Below are positions 11,320 through 26,234 of a stretch of DNA of 64,000 nt, piece after piece. Each line of letters starts with the position of its first letter. Position 1 is the first letter of the stretch. Under the pieces are notes generated by a model. The model did not search any database, was not told the DNA's origin, and worked only from the letters and a program-made list of their open reading frames with translations. A program made the position numbers and the translations under genes. This DNA comes from an uncultured Trueperaceae bacterium (GTDB lineage: Bacteria > Deinococcota > Deinococci > Deinococcales > Trueperaceae). The stretch is from the NCBI GenBank assembly GCA_963815215.1, contig CAWFFU010000003.1, positions 160,001 through 224,000 of the forward strand. The letters run 5' to 3'.

Positions 11320-11760
11320 TCAGGACGGCGGCTCGACCAGGGCCGCGATCGGCGTGAGCCACGCCTCGGGGAGCCGCACCGCACGTCCGCGCCGGTCGGT
11401 GGGGACGTGGACCGAGGCGCCGGTCGCGAGCAGCGCGGCGTCGTCGGCGCGCTCGAGCCGGTACTCGAAACGCATCGACCGGCTGCGCGCCACCCGCAGG
11501 TGGGTGTGCACGGCGATGACATCGTCGAAGCGCGCGGCCTGCCGGTAGCGCACCTCGATACCGGACACCGCCAGCGACACGCCGCTCTCCTCGATGCTGC
11601 GGTAGGACAGGCCGTGCGCCCTGAGCCACTGCACGCGGCCGGCCTCCATCCACACCGGGTAGTTGGCGTGGTGGGCGATCCCCATCTGATCGGTCTCGGC
11701 GAAACGCACGCGCAGGTGCAGGACGGGACTCTCCTCGGGCGTCCGGGCGCTCGCGGTCAT
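11320..11760 (-). CDS. Acyl-CoA thioesterase (YbgC/4HBT hot-dog family)
   Basis: RVRFAETDQMGIAHHANYPVWMEAGR motif. Confidence 0.9.
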   Translation of the reverse strand: MTASARTPEESPVLHLRVRFAETDQMGIAHHANYPVWMEAGRVQWLRAHGLSYRSIEESGVSLAVSGIEVRYRQAARFDDVIAVHTHLRVARSRSMRFEYRLERADDAALLATGASVHVPTDRRGRAVRLPEAWLTPIAALVEPPS

Positions 11761-11763
11761 GGC

Positions 11764-12921
11764 TCAGCTTACCGCCGCTCCGGGCAGCAATGCCGCCTCC
11801 CGGAGGCGCTCGAGCACCCGCAGGTCCACCCCCGACAGGGCTAGGGTGCTGAGATCGCCGATGTGCTGGGGGGCCGCGTCCCGCCCGCGGTCCAGCTCGG
11901 GATGCCCCGGCTCGACGAGCACCGGCACCAGCTCGAGGCGGAAGTGGCTGTAGGCATGGTGCACCGGACGCAGCGGGCGCCCGCCTTCGGGAGGGTTCGC
12001 ACTCTGCGGGAAGCCCCAAAGGCCGCTCAGCATCTCCGTGCGAGTGCGCCGGCGTAGCCACAGGTGGTCGGCCTCCAGCGCCACCAGGGCGTAGCGCCGG
12101 ATCCGGGGCGGCGCCATACGGGCGCGTGGAGTAGGGAAGGCCTCGGGGGCCCCTCGCGCGGCGGCGCTGCAGCCCGCTCGCAGCGGGCACGCTCCGCAGC
12201 GCGGCGCGCGGGGCGTGCACACCAGTGCGCCGAGCTCGATCAGCGCCTCGGCGAGCGGCGGCTGCGGCGCTCGGCCTGCGCCGCCGCGGGCGTCGCCGGA
12301 ACGGCCGCCGGGTCCTCGGCGGACGTCCTGCGGGCGCCTACCGCGCCGGGACGGAGGCGCATCTGCCGCCGCCGTTCCCGCCGCCGGCGCGTCCGCCAGC
12401 CGCTCGGCGAGCGCCCGCTCGACCTCGCGGTCGGACGGCGGGACGTCCCACGCCAGCAAGCGCGCCGCCACCCGGCGCACGTTGCCGTCGACGGCGATCT
12501 CGTCGTGCCCGAATGCCAGCGACGCGATGGCGGCGCCGGTGTAGGCGCCCACCCCGGGCAGCGTCTCGAGGCCGGCGCGCGTGTCGGGGAAGGCGCCTCC
12601 ATGGCGTTGTGCGACCACGCGGGCGGCCTCGAGCAGGCGCAGCGCACGGCGGTAGTAGCCGAGCCCCTGCCAGAGTTTGAGGACCTCGTCCTCGTCGGCG
12701 CCGGCCAGGCTGCGGACGTCGGGGAAGCGGCGCATCCAGCGCTCGAAGTACGGCACGACCGTATCGACCCGCGTCTGCTGCAACATCACCTCGGACACCA
12801 GCACGGTGTACGGGTCACGCGGCGCGCCCCCGTCGCGAACGCCGCCGCTCCCCGCGCCGACAGGACGCCACGGGAGCGCCCGACGGTGCTCGGTGAACCA
12901 GCTCTCGAGCGCGTCTCTCAC
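11764..12921 (-). CDS. mutY: A/G-specific adenine DNA glycosylase
   Basis: RALPWR, VSEVMLQQTRV, WQGLGYYRRA, LPGVGAYT (HhH), VDGNVRRV, Fe-S motif CX6CX2CX5C, HAYSHF. Start chosen at GTG 12921, 6 nt after -10 TACCCT. Confidence 0.93.
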   Translation of the reverse strand: MRDALESWFTEHRRALPWRPVGAGSGGVRDGGAPRDPYTVLVSEVMLQQTRVDTVVPYFERWMRRFPDVRSLAGADEDEVLKLWQGLGYYRRALRLLEAARVVAQRHGGAFPDTRAGLETLPGVGAYTGAAIASLAFGHDEIAVDGNVRRVAARLLAWDVPPSDREVERALAERLADAPAAGTAAADAPPSRRGRRPQDVRRGPGGRSGDARGGAGRAPQPPLAEALIELGALVCTPRAPRCGACPLRAGCSAAARGAPEAFPTPRARMAPPRIRRYALVALEADHLWLRRRTRTEMLSGLWGFPQSANPPEGGRPLRPVHHAYSHFRLELVPVLVEPGHPELDRGRDAAPQHIGDLSTLALSGVDLRVLERLREAALLPGAAVS

Positions 12922-13040
12922 CAGGCCAGGGTACAGTCTGTGCGCCGGGCGGGCGCACCACGCGCGGCGCTGTAGCGCGTACCGATCCGAGGTCGCCCAG
13001 GGAGCGCTGCGCCGGGTGCTAGACTCGGCTGGGAGCACCT

Positions 13041-13754
13041 GTGGCTCACAGCCGTGACAAGTCGATCGGGGCGGAGTTCCATGCCCAAACGAAGTACCGC
13101 CGCGGGAATGTGCCGCGCACGCGTACGCGTGTGGCGCCGCCGTACAAGGTGTACGCCAACCCGCGCGAGGTCGCGGCGCTGCCGGTACCGCAGCTCCGTG
13201 GGGGCTCGGGACTGTGGACGGTGCTGTCGAGCGCGCGCGACGGCGTTGCGGAGGGCGGCCGCCTCAAGCAGGCGCAGCTGTCGCAGCTCCTGTGGGGGTC
13301 CGCCGGCTTCACCTTCGGCTTCGAGCGCACCCACCTCTCCGCGGTAGGGATCTCGAGCCTCGAGACCTACGTGGTGGCACGTCAGGTCGAGGACCTCTTC
13401 GCCGGCGTGTACCACTACAATCCACGCGACCACACCCTGGAGCACCTGTCGACCGGGGACCCCACGGCCGGCTTCAGCGCCAGCCTGGTGGGTGAGGTGG
13501 ACGTGGACGCCCAGGCGGTGGCGCTGTGCTTCACGGGGATCTTCGCGCGGCACGGGGCGGGGAGCAACGGGCGCGCCTTCCGTTACCTCTGCCTCGACGT
13601 GGGCGCGGCGGCCCAGGCAGTGGTGCTGGGGTGTTCCGGCATGGGGCTGGCGGCGCAGTTCCTCGCCGACTTCTACGACGACGAGCTGTCGGAACTGCTG
13701 CAGGTCGACGGTCGCGGTGAGGTGCCGCTGGGCATGGTGCTCATCGGCGCGTGA
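13041..13754 (+). CDS. SagB/ThcOx-like nitroreductase-fold protein (degenerate motifs)
   Basis: FHAQTK N-terminus, LSQLLW, LETY, GVYHYNP..HTL, RYLCLDVG..AQ, FYDDELSELL. Confidence 0.8.
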   Translation: MAHSRDKSIGAEFHAQTKYRRGNVPRTRTRVAPPYKVYANPREVAALPVPQLRGGSGLWTVLSSARDGVAEGGRLKQAQLSQLLWGSAGFTFGFERTHLSAVGISSLETYVVARQVEDLFAGVYHYNPRDHTLEHLSTGDPTAGFSASLVGEVDVDAQAVALCFTGIFARHGAGSNGRAFRYLCLDVGAAAQAVVLGCSGMGLAAQFLADFYDDELSELLQVDGRGEVPLGMVLIGA

Positions 13755-13899
13755 ACGATGTGTTTCGAATCGAAAGCATAACCTGATCGGGGCCGGCCAA
13801 TCCCAAGCCGCCGCCGGCCGTCGTGTGGCGATCCTCGGCGAGGCGCGCCGGACCCCTTGGAATCGATAGGAGCGCCCATTCTCATCGTATTCTGTTGAC

Positions 13900-13929
13900 T
13901 TGACAGTCCGCCCGGGGCCTACGTAGGAT
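13900..13929 (+). promoter_or_regulatory. Putative sigma-A promoter of the lysine operon
   Basis: TTGACA (13900-13905), 18 nt spacer, TAGGAT (13924-13929). Confidence 0.65.
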
Positions 13930-13961
13930 GCCTCTCGGGCGGCGGCGCTCGGAAGCGATAG

Positions 13962-16533
<2,572 letters not shown>

Positions 16534-16537
<4 letters not shown>

Positions 16538-17076
16538 GCGAGGGCAACCGGGTCTGGCGCTTCGGCGACGCGGTGAATACCGACGACATCCTCCCGGGCA
16601 AGTACGCTCCCCTCATGGTCGGGGAGGAGGTCTTCCACCGCTACGCCTTCGCGCACCTGCGGCCGGAGTTCGCCGCCGGGGTGGAGCCGGGCGACGTGCT
16701 GGTCGGCGGCCGCAACTGGGGCCTGGGCTCGAGCCGCGAGTACGCTCCACAGGCCCTCAAGCGCCTGGGCGTGGGCGCCATCGTGGCGCGCTCGTTCGCA
16801 CGGATCCACTACCGCAACCTCCTGAATCTCGGCATCCCCGCTTTCGCTGCCCCCGACCTCGTGGACGCGTTGAACGACGGCGACCGGGTGCGGCTGGAGA
16901 TGGCACGCGGGTGCATCGTCCGGCTCGGGGACGACGCCACGGAACAGAGCCTCGGGTTGCCGCCGGTGCCCGAGTTCCTGCGGGAGGTCCTGAGCGAAGG
17001 GTCTGTGCTGGCGTTCTTCAAGCGGCACGGCCGTTTCCCGGGCGAGGACGCTTCCTCGAGGGAGCGTCCCGACTGA
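16534..17076 (+). CDS. lysU: Homoaconitase small subunit
   Basis: RVWRFGDAVNTDDILPGKYAP, GLGSSREYA, SFARIHYRN; ATGA overlap with the large subunit. Confidence 0.9.
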
Positions 17077-17192
17077 GTCGACCTTTCCCCGCGCACGTCC
17101 GCCGCCGGCCCGAGGCGGAAGCGCAGCGAGCAGACTACACGGGCACCAACCCCGCGGCAGAGTCAGCGCCGCACCCCTAAGGAGAGCCAGGC

Positions 17193-17357
17193 ATGCAGAC
17201 GATCGACACACCCTATGGTCGCGTGGACGTGGAACCGGAGAACCTCACCCTCGGCGAGCTGGTGGTCACCGACGAAGGCACCGAGCTCGAAGTCGTCGGG
17301 CTCGAGCCCCTGCGCTTCGAGCCGGCCCCCGAGGAGGACGAGGACTGGGGCGAGTAG
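17193..17357 (+). CDS. lysW: Alpha-aminoadipate carrier protein LysW (54 aa)
   Basis: Below the ORF-track cutoff. MQTIDTPYGRVDVEPENLTLGELVVTDEGTELEVVGLEPLRFEPAPEEDEDWGE* with diagnostic C-terminal EDWGE; RBS AAGGAG; directly upstream of lysX. Confidence 0.95.
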   Translation: MQTIDTPYGRVDVEPENLTLGELVVTDEGTELEVVGLEPLRFEPAPEEDEDWGE

Positions 17358-17360
17358 GTC

Positions 17361-18227
17361 TTGAGCGAGGTTGCCGCCCACCCCCGGATCGCCGTGGTCT
17401 ACGACCGCCTGCGTCCCGAAGAGCGCATGCTCTTCGAGGCGTTCGAGCGCAGTGGAGTGCCGTTCGAGCAGGTCTACGCGCCGCATCAGGCGGTAGACTT
17501 CAGCCGCTTCGAGCTTTCGCCCTTCGACGTCGTGATGGAGCGCTGTCTGTCGCAGACGCGAGGGCTCGCCTTCAGCCGCCTCTACACGGCGGCGGGCGCG
17601 CAGGTCATCAACCGGCCCGAGGTGATCGAGACCTGCGGCGACAAGCTCGCCACCAACGCCGCTCTGGCCGCGGCCGGGGTGCCGGCGCCGCGGACCGGGG
17701 TGGCATTCACGGCCGAGGCCGTGCTGGAGCTGTGCGAGCGCTTCGGCTATCCGGTGGTGCTCAAGCCGGTGGTCGGGAGCTGGGGGCGCATGGTGTCGAA
17801 GCTCTCCGACCGCGATGCGGTCGAGGCGGTGCTGGAGCACAAGGAGGTCCTGGGAGGCCCCCAGCACAAGGTCTTCTACGTCCAGGAGTTCGTCCGCAAG
17901 CCCGGCCGCGACATCCGCGTCTTCGTGGTCGGCGACGAGGTGATCGCCGCCATCTACCGTTCGAGCGAGCACTGGATCACCAACACCGCGCGCGGCGGCA
18001 GCGCCAGCAACTGTCCGCTCACCGACGATCTGGTGGACGTGGCGTCTGCCGCCGCGCGGGCGGTCGGCGGGGGTGTGCTGGCGGTCGACGTCATCGAATC
18101 CGAGCGGGGCCTGCTGGTCGTCGAGGTGAACCACACCATGGAGTTCCGGAACTCGGTATCCACCACCGGGGTCGACATCCCGGCACGGGTGGTGCGCTAC
18201 GCCGCCGAGCGCGTCGTGCCGGTCTGA
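17361..18227 (+). CDS. lysX: Alpha-aminoadipate--LysW ligase (ATP-grasp)
   Basis: [40 protein letters not shown]. Confidence 0.95.
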   Translation: MSEVAAHPRIAVVYDRLRPEERMLFEAFERSGVPFEQVYAPHQAVDFSRFELSPFDVVMERCLSQTRGLAFSRLYTAAGAQVINRPEVIETCGDKLATNAALAAAGVPAPRTGVAFTAEAVLELCERFGYPVVLKPVVGSWGRMVSKLSDRDAVEAVLEHKEVLGGPQHKVFYVQEFVRKPGRDIRVFVVGDEVIAAIYRSSEHWITNTARGGSASNCPLTDDLVDVASAAARAVGGGVLAVDVIESERGLLVVEVNHTMEFRNSVSTTGVDIPARVVRYAAERVVPV

Positions 18228-20610
<2,383 letters not shown>

Positions 20611-20614
<4 letters not shown>

Positions 20615-21045
20615 GCCGATGGCGCCGCGGCGAGGCCGTGGTCGACACCGACCGTGAGCGGCTCGACCTGGGCATGATGCACGCCTTCCTGACCGAGAGC
20701 TACTGGGCGCGCGGCCGGACGCTCGAAGAGCTGCGGCGGGCGGTCGAGCACAGCCTTCCCTTCGGCCTGTACCTTGGCGAACGCCAGGTTGGGTTCTGCC
20801 GGGTGGTGACCGATCGACTCGAGTTCGCCTACCTCGCCGACGTCTTCGTACTCGAGCCGGAACGGGGCAAGGGACTGGCCGGCTTCATGGTGGAGTGCGC
20901 GCTGGGCTGCGACGAGCTGCGGACCGTGCGTCACTGGACGCTGTTCACGCGGGACGCGCACGCCCTCTACCGGCGCCTGGGGTTCGGTGCCGTGGAGGGC
21001 GAGCGGCTCGAGCGCTTGATGTACCGCCCCGGGGGCCGGCCGTGA
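20611..21045 (+). CDS. GNAT family N-acetyltransferase
   Basis: ESYWA, QVGFCRVVTD..FAYLADVFV..ERGKGLA, DAHALYRRLGF; ATGA overlap. Confidence 0.9.
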
Positions 21046-21863
21046 GCGTCGCTCGCGGGCTGGTGGTCGTCAAGGTCGGCGGTTCCGAGGGTATCGACTA
21101 CGACGCGGTGTGTGACGACATCGCGGCCCTGCACCGCGCCGGCCGGCGGCTGGTGCTGGTACACGGCGGCAGCGCCGAGACCAACCGGGTGGCCGCGGCG
21201 CTCGGTCATCCGCCCCGTTTCGTGACCAGTCCGAGCGGCTTCACCAGTCGCTTCACCGATCGGGAGACGCTCGAGATCTTCGAGATGGTCTACTGCGGCA
21301 AGATGAACAAGGGCCTGGTCGAGAGGCTGCAGCGCCGCGAGGTGAACGCGGTCGGGCTCTCGGGGCTCGATGGCCGCGTGTTCGAGGGCAAGCACAAGAC
21401 GAGCGTCCGGAGCGTGGAGGGGGAGCGCACCGTCATCCTGCGCGGCGACCATACCGGTACGGTGGAGCGCGTCAACGACGGGTTGCTGCGGCTGTTGCTG
21501 GATAACGGATACCTTCCCGTGCTCACGCCGCCGGGGGCCAGCTACCAGGGCGTCGCCGTGAACGTCGACGGCGACCGCGCCGCTGCCGCCGTTGCCACCG
21601 CACTCGGCGCCGAGGCGCTGGTGCTGCTGTCCAACGTGCCCGGTCTGCTCGCCGACTTCCCGGACGAGGCCAGCCTCATCCGCGAGATCCCGGCCGGTAG
21701 GGTCGCAGACTACCTGGAGGTGGCCCAGGGGAGGATGAAGAAGAAGGTACTGGGAGCCGCGGAGGCGGTCGCCGGCGGGGTGGGCCGCGTGGTGTTCGCC
21801 GATGCGCGCGTGACCGCCCCCATCGAGCGCGCCCTCCGGGGCGAGGGCACGGTCGTCGCCTAG
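21042..21863 (+). CDS. lysZ: LysW-aminoadipate kinase (ArgB-like)
   Basis: VVKVGGSEG, LVHGGS, SRFTD, GLSGLDG, NVDGDRAAA, GRMKKKV. Confidence 0.93.
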   Translation: MSVARGLVVVKVGGSEGIDYDAVCDDIAALHRAGRRLVLVHGGSAETNRVAAALGHPPRFVTSPSGFTSRFTDRETLEIFEMVYCGKMNKGLVERLQRREVNAVGLSGLDGRVFEGKHKTSVRSVEGERTVILRGDHTGTVERVNDGLLRLLLDNGYLPVLTPPGASYQGVAVNVDGDRAAAAVATALGAEALVLLSNVPGLLADFPDEASLIREIPAGRVADYLEVAQGRMKKKVLGAAEAVAGGVGRVVFADARVTAPIERALRGEGTVVA

Positions 21864-21903
21864 ACGGCCGGACGCCGGCGTAGCCGAGGAAGGAAGGGAC
21901 CGC

Positions 21904-23100
21904 ATGACCGACATCGAGGAACGCAGCCAGGGCGGGGCCAGCGCCGAGCTACTGGCGCGCGATGCCGAGCACCGCTCGGGATTGTGGGAGCCGGACACCG
22001 TGTTCGTGCGCGGTGACGGTGCGCTGCTGTACGACCTGGAAGGCAACGAGTACCTCGACTGCATGGCCGGGATCGCCGTGGCCAGCGTCGGACACGCCAA
22101 CGCCAGGCTGGCGAGCGCGCTGGCCGACCAGGCCCAGCGGCTCATCGTGTGCCCGCAGAACCTCGGTAACGACACCCGCACCGCCTTCGTGGAGCGGCTG
22201 TTCACGCACGTGCCGGCGCCGCTGAACCGGGTGTTCCTGTGCAACTCGGGCAGCGAGGCCAACGAGGCGGCCCTGAAGTGGGCGCGCGCCGCCACCGGTC
22301 GGAACCGCTTCGTGGCCGCCAAGCGTGGCTTCTCGGGGCGGACGCTGGGCGTGCTCCCCATGACCTGGGAGCCGAAGTATCGTGAGCCCTTCGGTCCGTA
22401 CACCATGGACGTGACGTTCATCCGATACAACGACGTCGAGGAGCTGCGTGCCGCGGTCACCGAGGATGTGGCGGCGGTGTTGCTCGAGCCGGTGCAGGGC
22501 GAAGGAGGCATCCATCCGGCCGACGAGGCCTTCCTGCGCGCCGCCCGGGAGGCCGCCAGCGCCGCCGGAGCGCTGCTGGTGTTCGACGAGATCCAGTGCG
22601 GCGTGGGGCGCACCGGTACCTTCCTTGCCAGCGAAGCCTACGGCGTGGAGGCGGACATGGTCACGCTCGCGAAGGGGCTGGCGGGCGGCGTGCCCATCGG
22701 TGCGCTATTGATGACCGACGCGGTGGCGGCCACCATGCCCAAGGGGGGTCACGGGACCACCTTCGGCGGCAACCCGCTGGCCAGCGCAGCGGGCCTGGCC
22801 GTGTTGCAGGAGATCGAGGAACGCGGCTTGATGGAGCATGCGCGGACGATGGGGGAGCGTCTCATGGATGGGCTGCGTCGCATCGGCGGCGACCGCGTGC
22901 GCGAGGTGCGCGGGCGCGGGCTCATGATCGGCGTCGAGCTCAAGGAGAAGGCGGCGCCGGTGATCGCCGCGCTGAAGCGCGAAGGCGTGCTCACCATCGC
23001 CGGAGGGGCGACGGTCGTCCGCTTCCTGCCTCCCCTGGTCATCGATCAGGCGCAGATCGACGAGGTCCTCCTGCGGACGGCGCGTGTGCTGGCGTCGTGA
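21904..23100 (+). CDS. lysJ: LysW-aminoadipate semialdehyde aminotransferase (class III, ArgD-like)
   Basis: FLCNSGSEANEAALK, GFSGRTLG, FDEIQCGVGRTG, TLAKGLAGG, HGTTFGGNPL. Confidence 0.93.
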   Translation: MTDIEERSQGGASAELLARDAEHRSGLWEPDTVFVRGDGALLYDLEGNEYLDCMAGIAVASVGHANARLASALADQAQRLIVCPQNLGNDTRTAFVERLFTHVPAPLNRVFLCNSGSEANEAALKWARAATGRNRFVAAKRGFSGRTLGVLPMTWEPKYREPFGPYTMDVTFIRYNDVEELRAAVTEDVAAVLLEPVQGEGGIHPADEAFLRAAREAASAAGALLVFDEIQCGVGRTGTFLASEAYGVEADMVTLAKGLAGGVPIGALLMTDAVAATMPKGGHGTTFGGNPLASAAGLAVLQEIEERGLMEHARTMGERLMDGLRRIGGDRVREVRGRGLMIGVELKEKAAPVIAALKREGVLTIAGGATVVRFLPPLVIDQAQIDEVLLRTARVLAS

Positions 23101-24191
23101 GTCCCGCGCCGCTCGACCCCATCGCGTTGCTCGAGCGCGCGGTCGCAACGCCGAGCCCCTCGGGCCGGGAGGGGGCGGTGGCTGCGGTGCTGGTCGATGC
23201 GATGGCGGGCTTCGCCGACGAGGCCTTCGTCGACGATGCGGGCAACGCGGTGGCTGTGTGGGGACGCGGCGACCTGACGGTGACGGTGCTCGGCCACATC
23301 GACACCGTACCAGGGGACATCCCGGTGCGACGGGAGGACGGCGTGTTGCACGGCAGGGGCGCGGTCGACGCCAAGGGCAGCTTCTGCGCGGCCGTGGCCG
23401 CGGTCGCCGGGCTGCCCGCCTCCTTCAAGGACGCGCTGCGGGTACGGCTCATCGGCGCCGTCGAAGAGGAGTCCGCCAGCAGCAAGGGCGCACGCTACGC
23501 CGTGCGCGCCTACGAGGCGCCGGATCTGGTGATCATCGGGGAGCCCAGTGGATGGGACGCCTACACCCTGGGCTACAAGGGCCGACTGCTGGCGCGGTTG
23601 ACGGCCGAACGCCCCAACGCCCACTCGTCTCGCGACGAGCCGAGCGCCGCCGAGCTCGTGGTGACGGCCTTCGCGGCGGTCCGGGCCTTCGTTCAGGAGG
23701 ACAATCGCGGCGTGGATCGACGCTTCGACGCCCTGCAGCTGTCGCTGCAATCGCTCGACTCGGACAACGACGGGCTCGTGCAGCGCTGTGACGCGGTGCT
23801 CGGCTTCCGGCTGCCGCCGCGCTGGCCGGCCGCGGCGCTGAGCGAGGGCCTTGGGGCCCTGGCGCTGCCCCACGGGGTGCGCCTGTCGCTGACCGGGCAG
23901 GAGGAGGCCTATCGCGGTCCGAAGGATTCGGTGCTGGCCCGGGCCTTCAGGGTAGCGATCCGGGGCGCCGGGGCGCGGCCCCGTTCCGTCGTCAAGACGG
24001 GGACGTCGGACATGAACGTCGTGGCGCCCCATTGGACGGCTCCGATGGTGGCCTACGGGCCCGGCGACGCTGCGCTGGACCACACGCCGGACGAGCGCTT
24101 GGAGTTGGCGGAGTACCTGCGGGCGGTGGAGGTGTTGGGTGCGGTGTTCGGCCAGCTCGCCGACGGGCGCAGCGGGACATCGGCGAAGTGA
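23097..24191 (+). CDS. lysK: LysW-lysine hydrolase (M20 family)
   Basis: LGHIDTVPG, GRGAVDAKG, VEEE, GEPSGW..TLGYKG, TGTSDMN, YGPGD.LDHTPDE; GTGA overlap. Confidence 0.93.
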   Translation: MSPAPLDPIALLERAVATPSPSGREGAVAAVLVDAMAGFADEAFVDDAGNAVAVWGRGDLTVTVLGHIDTVPGDIPVRREDGVLHGRGAVDAKGSFCAAVAAVAGLPASFKDALRVRLIGAVEEESASSKGARYAVRAYEAPDLVIIGEPSGWDAYTLGYKGRLLARLTAERPNAHSSRDEPSAAELVVTAFAAVRAFVQEDNRGVDRRFDALQLSLQSLDSDNDGLVQRCDAVLGFRLPPRWPAAALSEGLGALALPHGVRLSLTGQEEAYRGPKDSVLARAFRVAIRGAGARPRSVVKTGTSDMNVVAPHWTAPMVAYGPGDAALDHTPDERLELAEYLRAVEVLGAVFGQLADGRSGTSAK

Positions 24192-24286
24192 TCCGGGCTC
24201 GTGTACGTTCGTGCGTCCAGGACGGTTGGGCTGCGTGAGGTTTCCGCCAGTGCCTGTCTGCGGCGCAGCCGTATACTGGAAGCCGT

Positions 24287-26176
24287 ATGTTGAAATTGGA
24301 GAGCGTTGCCCTCGAGCTGCTGGAATACAAGGTGTCGGAGTTCCGCGCCACCCGGCAGGTTCGCGGCGGCGTCTCCGGCATGTGGGAGCTATACGGGCAC
24401 CTCGGTCGGCAGATGGCGGCGCTGAACCAGGAGGAGCGCGAGCGGTTGTCGGCCGTGTCGCAGAGCCTCAAGCTCATCTCCGACGGCGCGCAAGGCTCGG
24501 CGAAGCGCGCGCCTGACATCGACGCGCTGGTCCTGGGCGACGAGTTCGGCGTCGAGCTCGATAGTCCGGAGGCGGTGTCGATCGCCACGCCGGCCGCGCT
24601 GCCGGAGGAACGTGACGAGCAGGCGGTCCTCCAGCGCCTGGCGCAGCGCGTGTGGTGGGAAGAGCTCGACGAGTTCGTGCTGAAGGTCGCGGCGGGCTGG
24701 CGGGCGGAGCGCGAGCGGCAGACCGCGCGCTTGGTGTACGCCACGCTGCAGAACCTGCAGCGCAACAGCGCCAAGAAGACCTTCGCGCAGGACGTGAACC
24801 TTCGCGGTTTCCGGGTCCTGGAGGCGATCCCGGAGGTCAACGATCCGCTGGTGTCGCTCTCCGACCTCGATGCGCTGGCCGAGCTCGTGCGTGAGCTGGT
24901 CAACGCCATCATGACGCTCGGGAAGCGGGGCGGCACCTACGCGGACCTCGAGGTGCGCGAGGCGAATGCGCTGGGCTTCGTGCGCCAGGCGGCGGCGGCG
25001 GTCGCGGCCGATCCCTACGCCGGGAAGCTGTCGTTGGTCGAGCACCGGGGTCCGAGCAGCAAGCAGCTCCGCCTCGCGATCCAGGAGATCGCCAAGGAGC
25101 GGCTCCCTGAGGGGCAACGTGCGACGCACCGTAGGGAGCTGGAGAAGCGACTCGCCGAGACGCTCGCGTTCGAGCGCAACCAGCGGCAGCTCTTCCAGCA
25201 TGACGTGCTGCAGTTCACCGATCTGGTCCACGCCTTCTTCGAGCGACTCGCCGACTACCTGCCGACCTCGGTGGGTGGACACGCGAGTGGGCCGCAACTC
25301 GAGGGCGGGGTGCTGTTCGCCGTGAACCCTGCGCTCCGCTGGGAGACCGTGCCTCCGGGCACGACGGCGCTGACGGTGCGGCTGGTCGGTCCGCTGCGGT
25401 TCGAGCTGGCAGGGCACGATATCGCGGTGATGGGAGCGGGCCCGTCGCGCTCGCTGTTCGTCGGTGAGCAGGAGGTGCCGCTCCAGGGTCGGTTGGTACT
25501 CGATCTCGGACGCAGCAAGCTGAGCGTGTTCAGTGAGAGCGACTACGTCCACTTCCGCTACCGGGACGAGGGGCGATCACTGGCCGTGCGCCTGGCCCAG
25601 GCTCTGGTTGTGCTGTTCGTGCTGGCTGATCGCCGGCGTGAGGACCTGTTGACGGTGCTGAAAGTCGTCGCCAGCTCCGTGCAGGGCGACCCACAGGATC
25701 TGGTCGCCAGGGCGGTCGCGCGCGCCGGCAGCGTCAGCGCACGCGCGCCCAACCGGCGCCAGGCGGTGGAGGGCCTGTTGCGGGGCGCCGCCCGCGCGGC
25801 CGGCATCACTCTCGATGACAATTCCGTGCTGGGCCTGGTTCAGCGCTTCGTCGACGCCATGACGGTGGATGCCAACGATGTCTCCAACGTCCTCGAGCGC
25901 GTGCCCGGCGCGGAGTCCAACGTCTACCAGCTCACCGGCGAGCCGCTCACGATCGATCTGGGGGGACAGAAGATCACCGTTCGGCAGTACCGCGGGCGCA
26001 GCCTCGAGTCGCAGGAGAGCCTGGTCGCCATGCTGCCGGGTCAGGTACTGGGCTCGTTCACGGATTACCTGATCGCCCCGCTCGGCAACGGTACGGTGAC
26101 CCTGGTGCGCGGCGAGCAGGAACTGGCCGTGGTCTACGTTCCGGAACTGATGACCGGCAACGGGCAGGCCCTCTGA
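24287..26176 (+). CDS. Hypothetical protein (629 aa)
   Basis: Long ORF with high-GC3 codon usage and -10 TATACT 9 nt upstream of the ATG; no motif recognised. Confidence 0.8.
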   Translation: MLKLESVALELLEYKVSEFRATRQVRGGVSGMWELYGHLGRQMAALNQEERERLSAVSQSLKLISDGAQGSAKRAPDIDALVLGDEFGVELDSPEAVSIATPAALPEERDEQAVLQRLAQRVWWEELDEFVLKVAAGWRAERERQTARLVYATLQNLQRNSAKKTFAQDVNLRGFRVLEAIPEVNDPLVSLSDLDALAELVRELVNAIMTLGKRGGTYADLEVREANALGFVRQAAAAVAADPYAGKLSLVEHRGPSSKQLRLAIQEIAKERLPEGQRATHRRELEKRLAETLAFERNQRQLFQHDVLQFTDLVHAFFERLADYLPTSVGGHASGPQLEGGVLFAVNPALRWETVPPGTTALTVRLVGPLRFELAGHDIAVMGAGPSRSLFVGEQEVPLQGRLVLDLGRSKLSVFSESDYVHFRYRDEGRSLAVRLAQALVVLFVLADRRREDLLTVLKVVASSVQGDPQDLVARAVARAGSVSARAPNRRQAVEGLLRGAARAAGITLDDNSVLGLVQRFVDAMTVDANDVSNVLERVPGAESNVYQLTGEPLTIDLGGQKITVRQYRGRSLESQESLVAMLPGQVLGSFTDYLIAPLGNGTVTLVRGEQELAVVYVPELMTGNGQAL

Positions 26177-26234
26177 GTCAACCCTCCCGCCGCGAGACCA
26201 GGTCGGACCTACGACTCGAGAAGGGAGCAGCAGC

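Noticed and set aside
13041..13754. Azole-RiPP biosynthetic cluster around the SagB-like gene
   Set aside because: No YcaO, E1-like protein, precursor peptide or exporter nearby.
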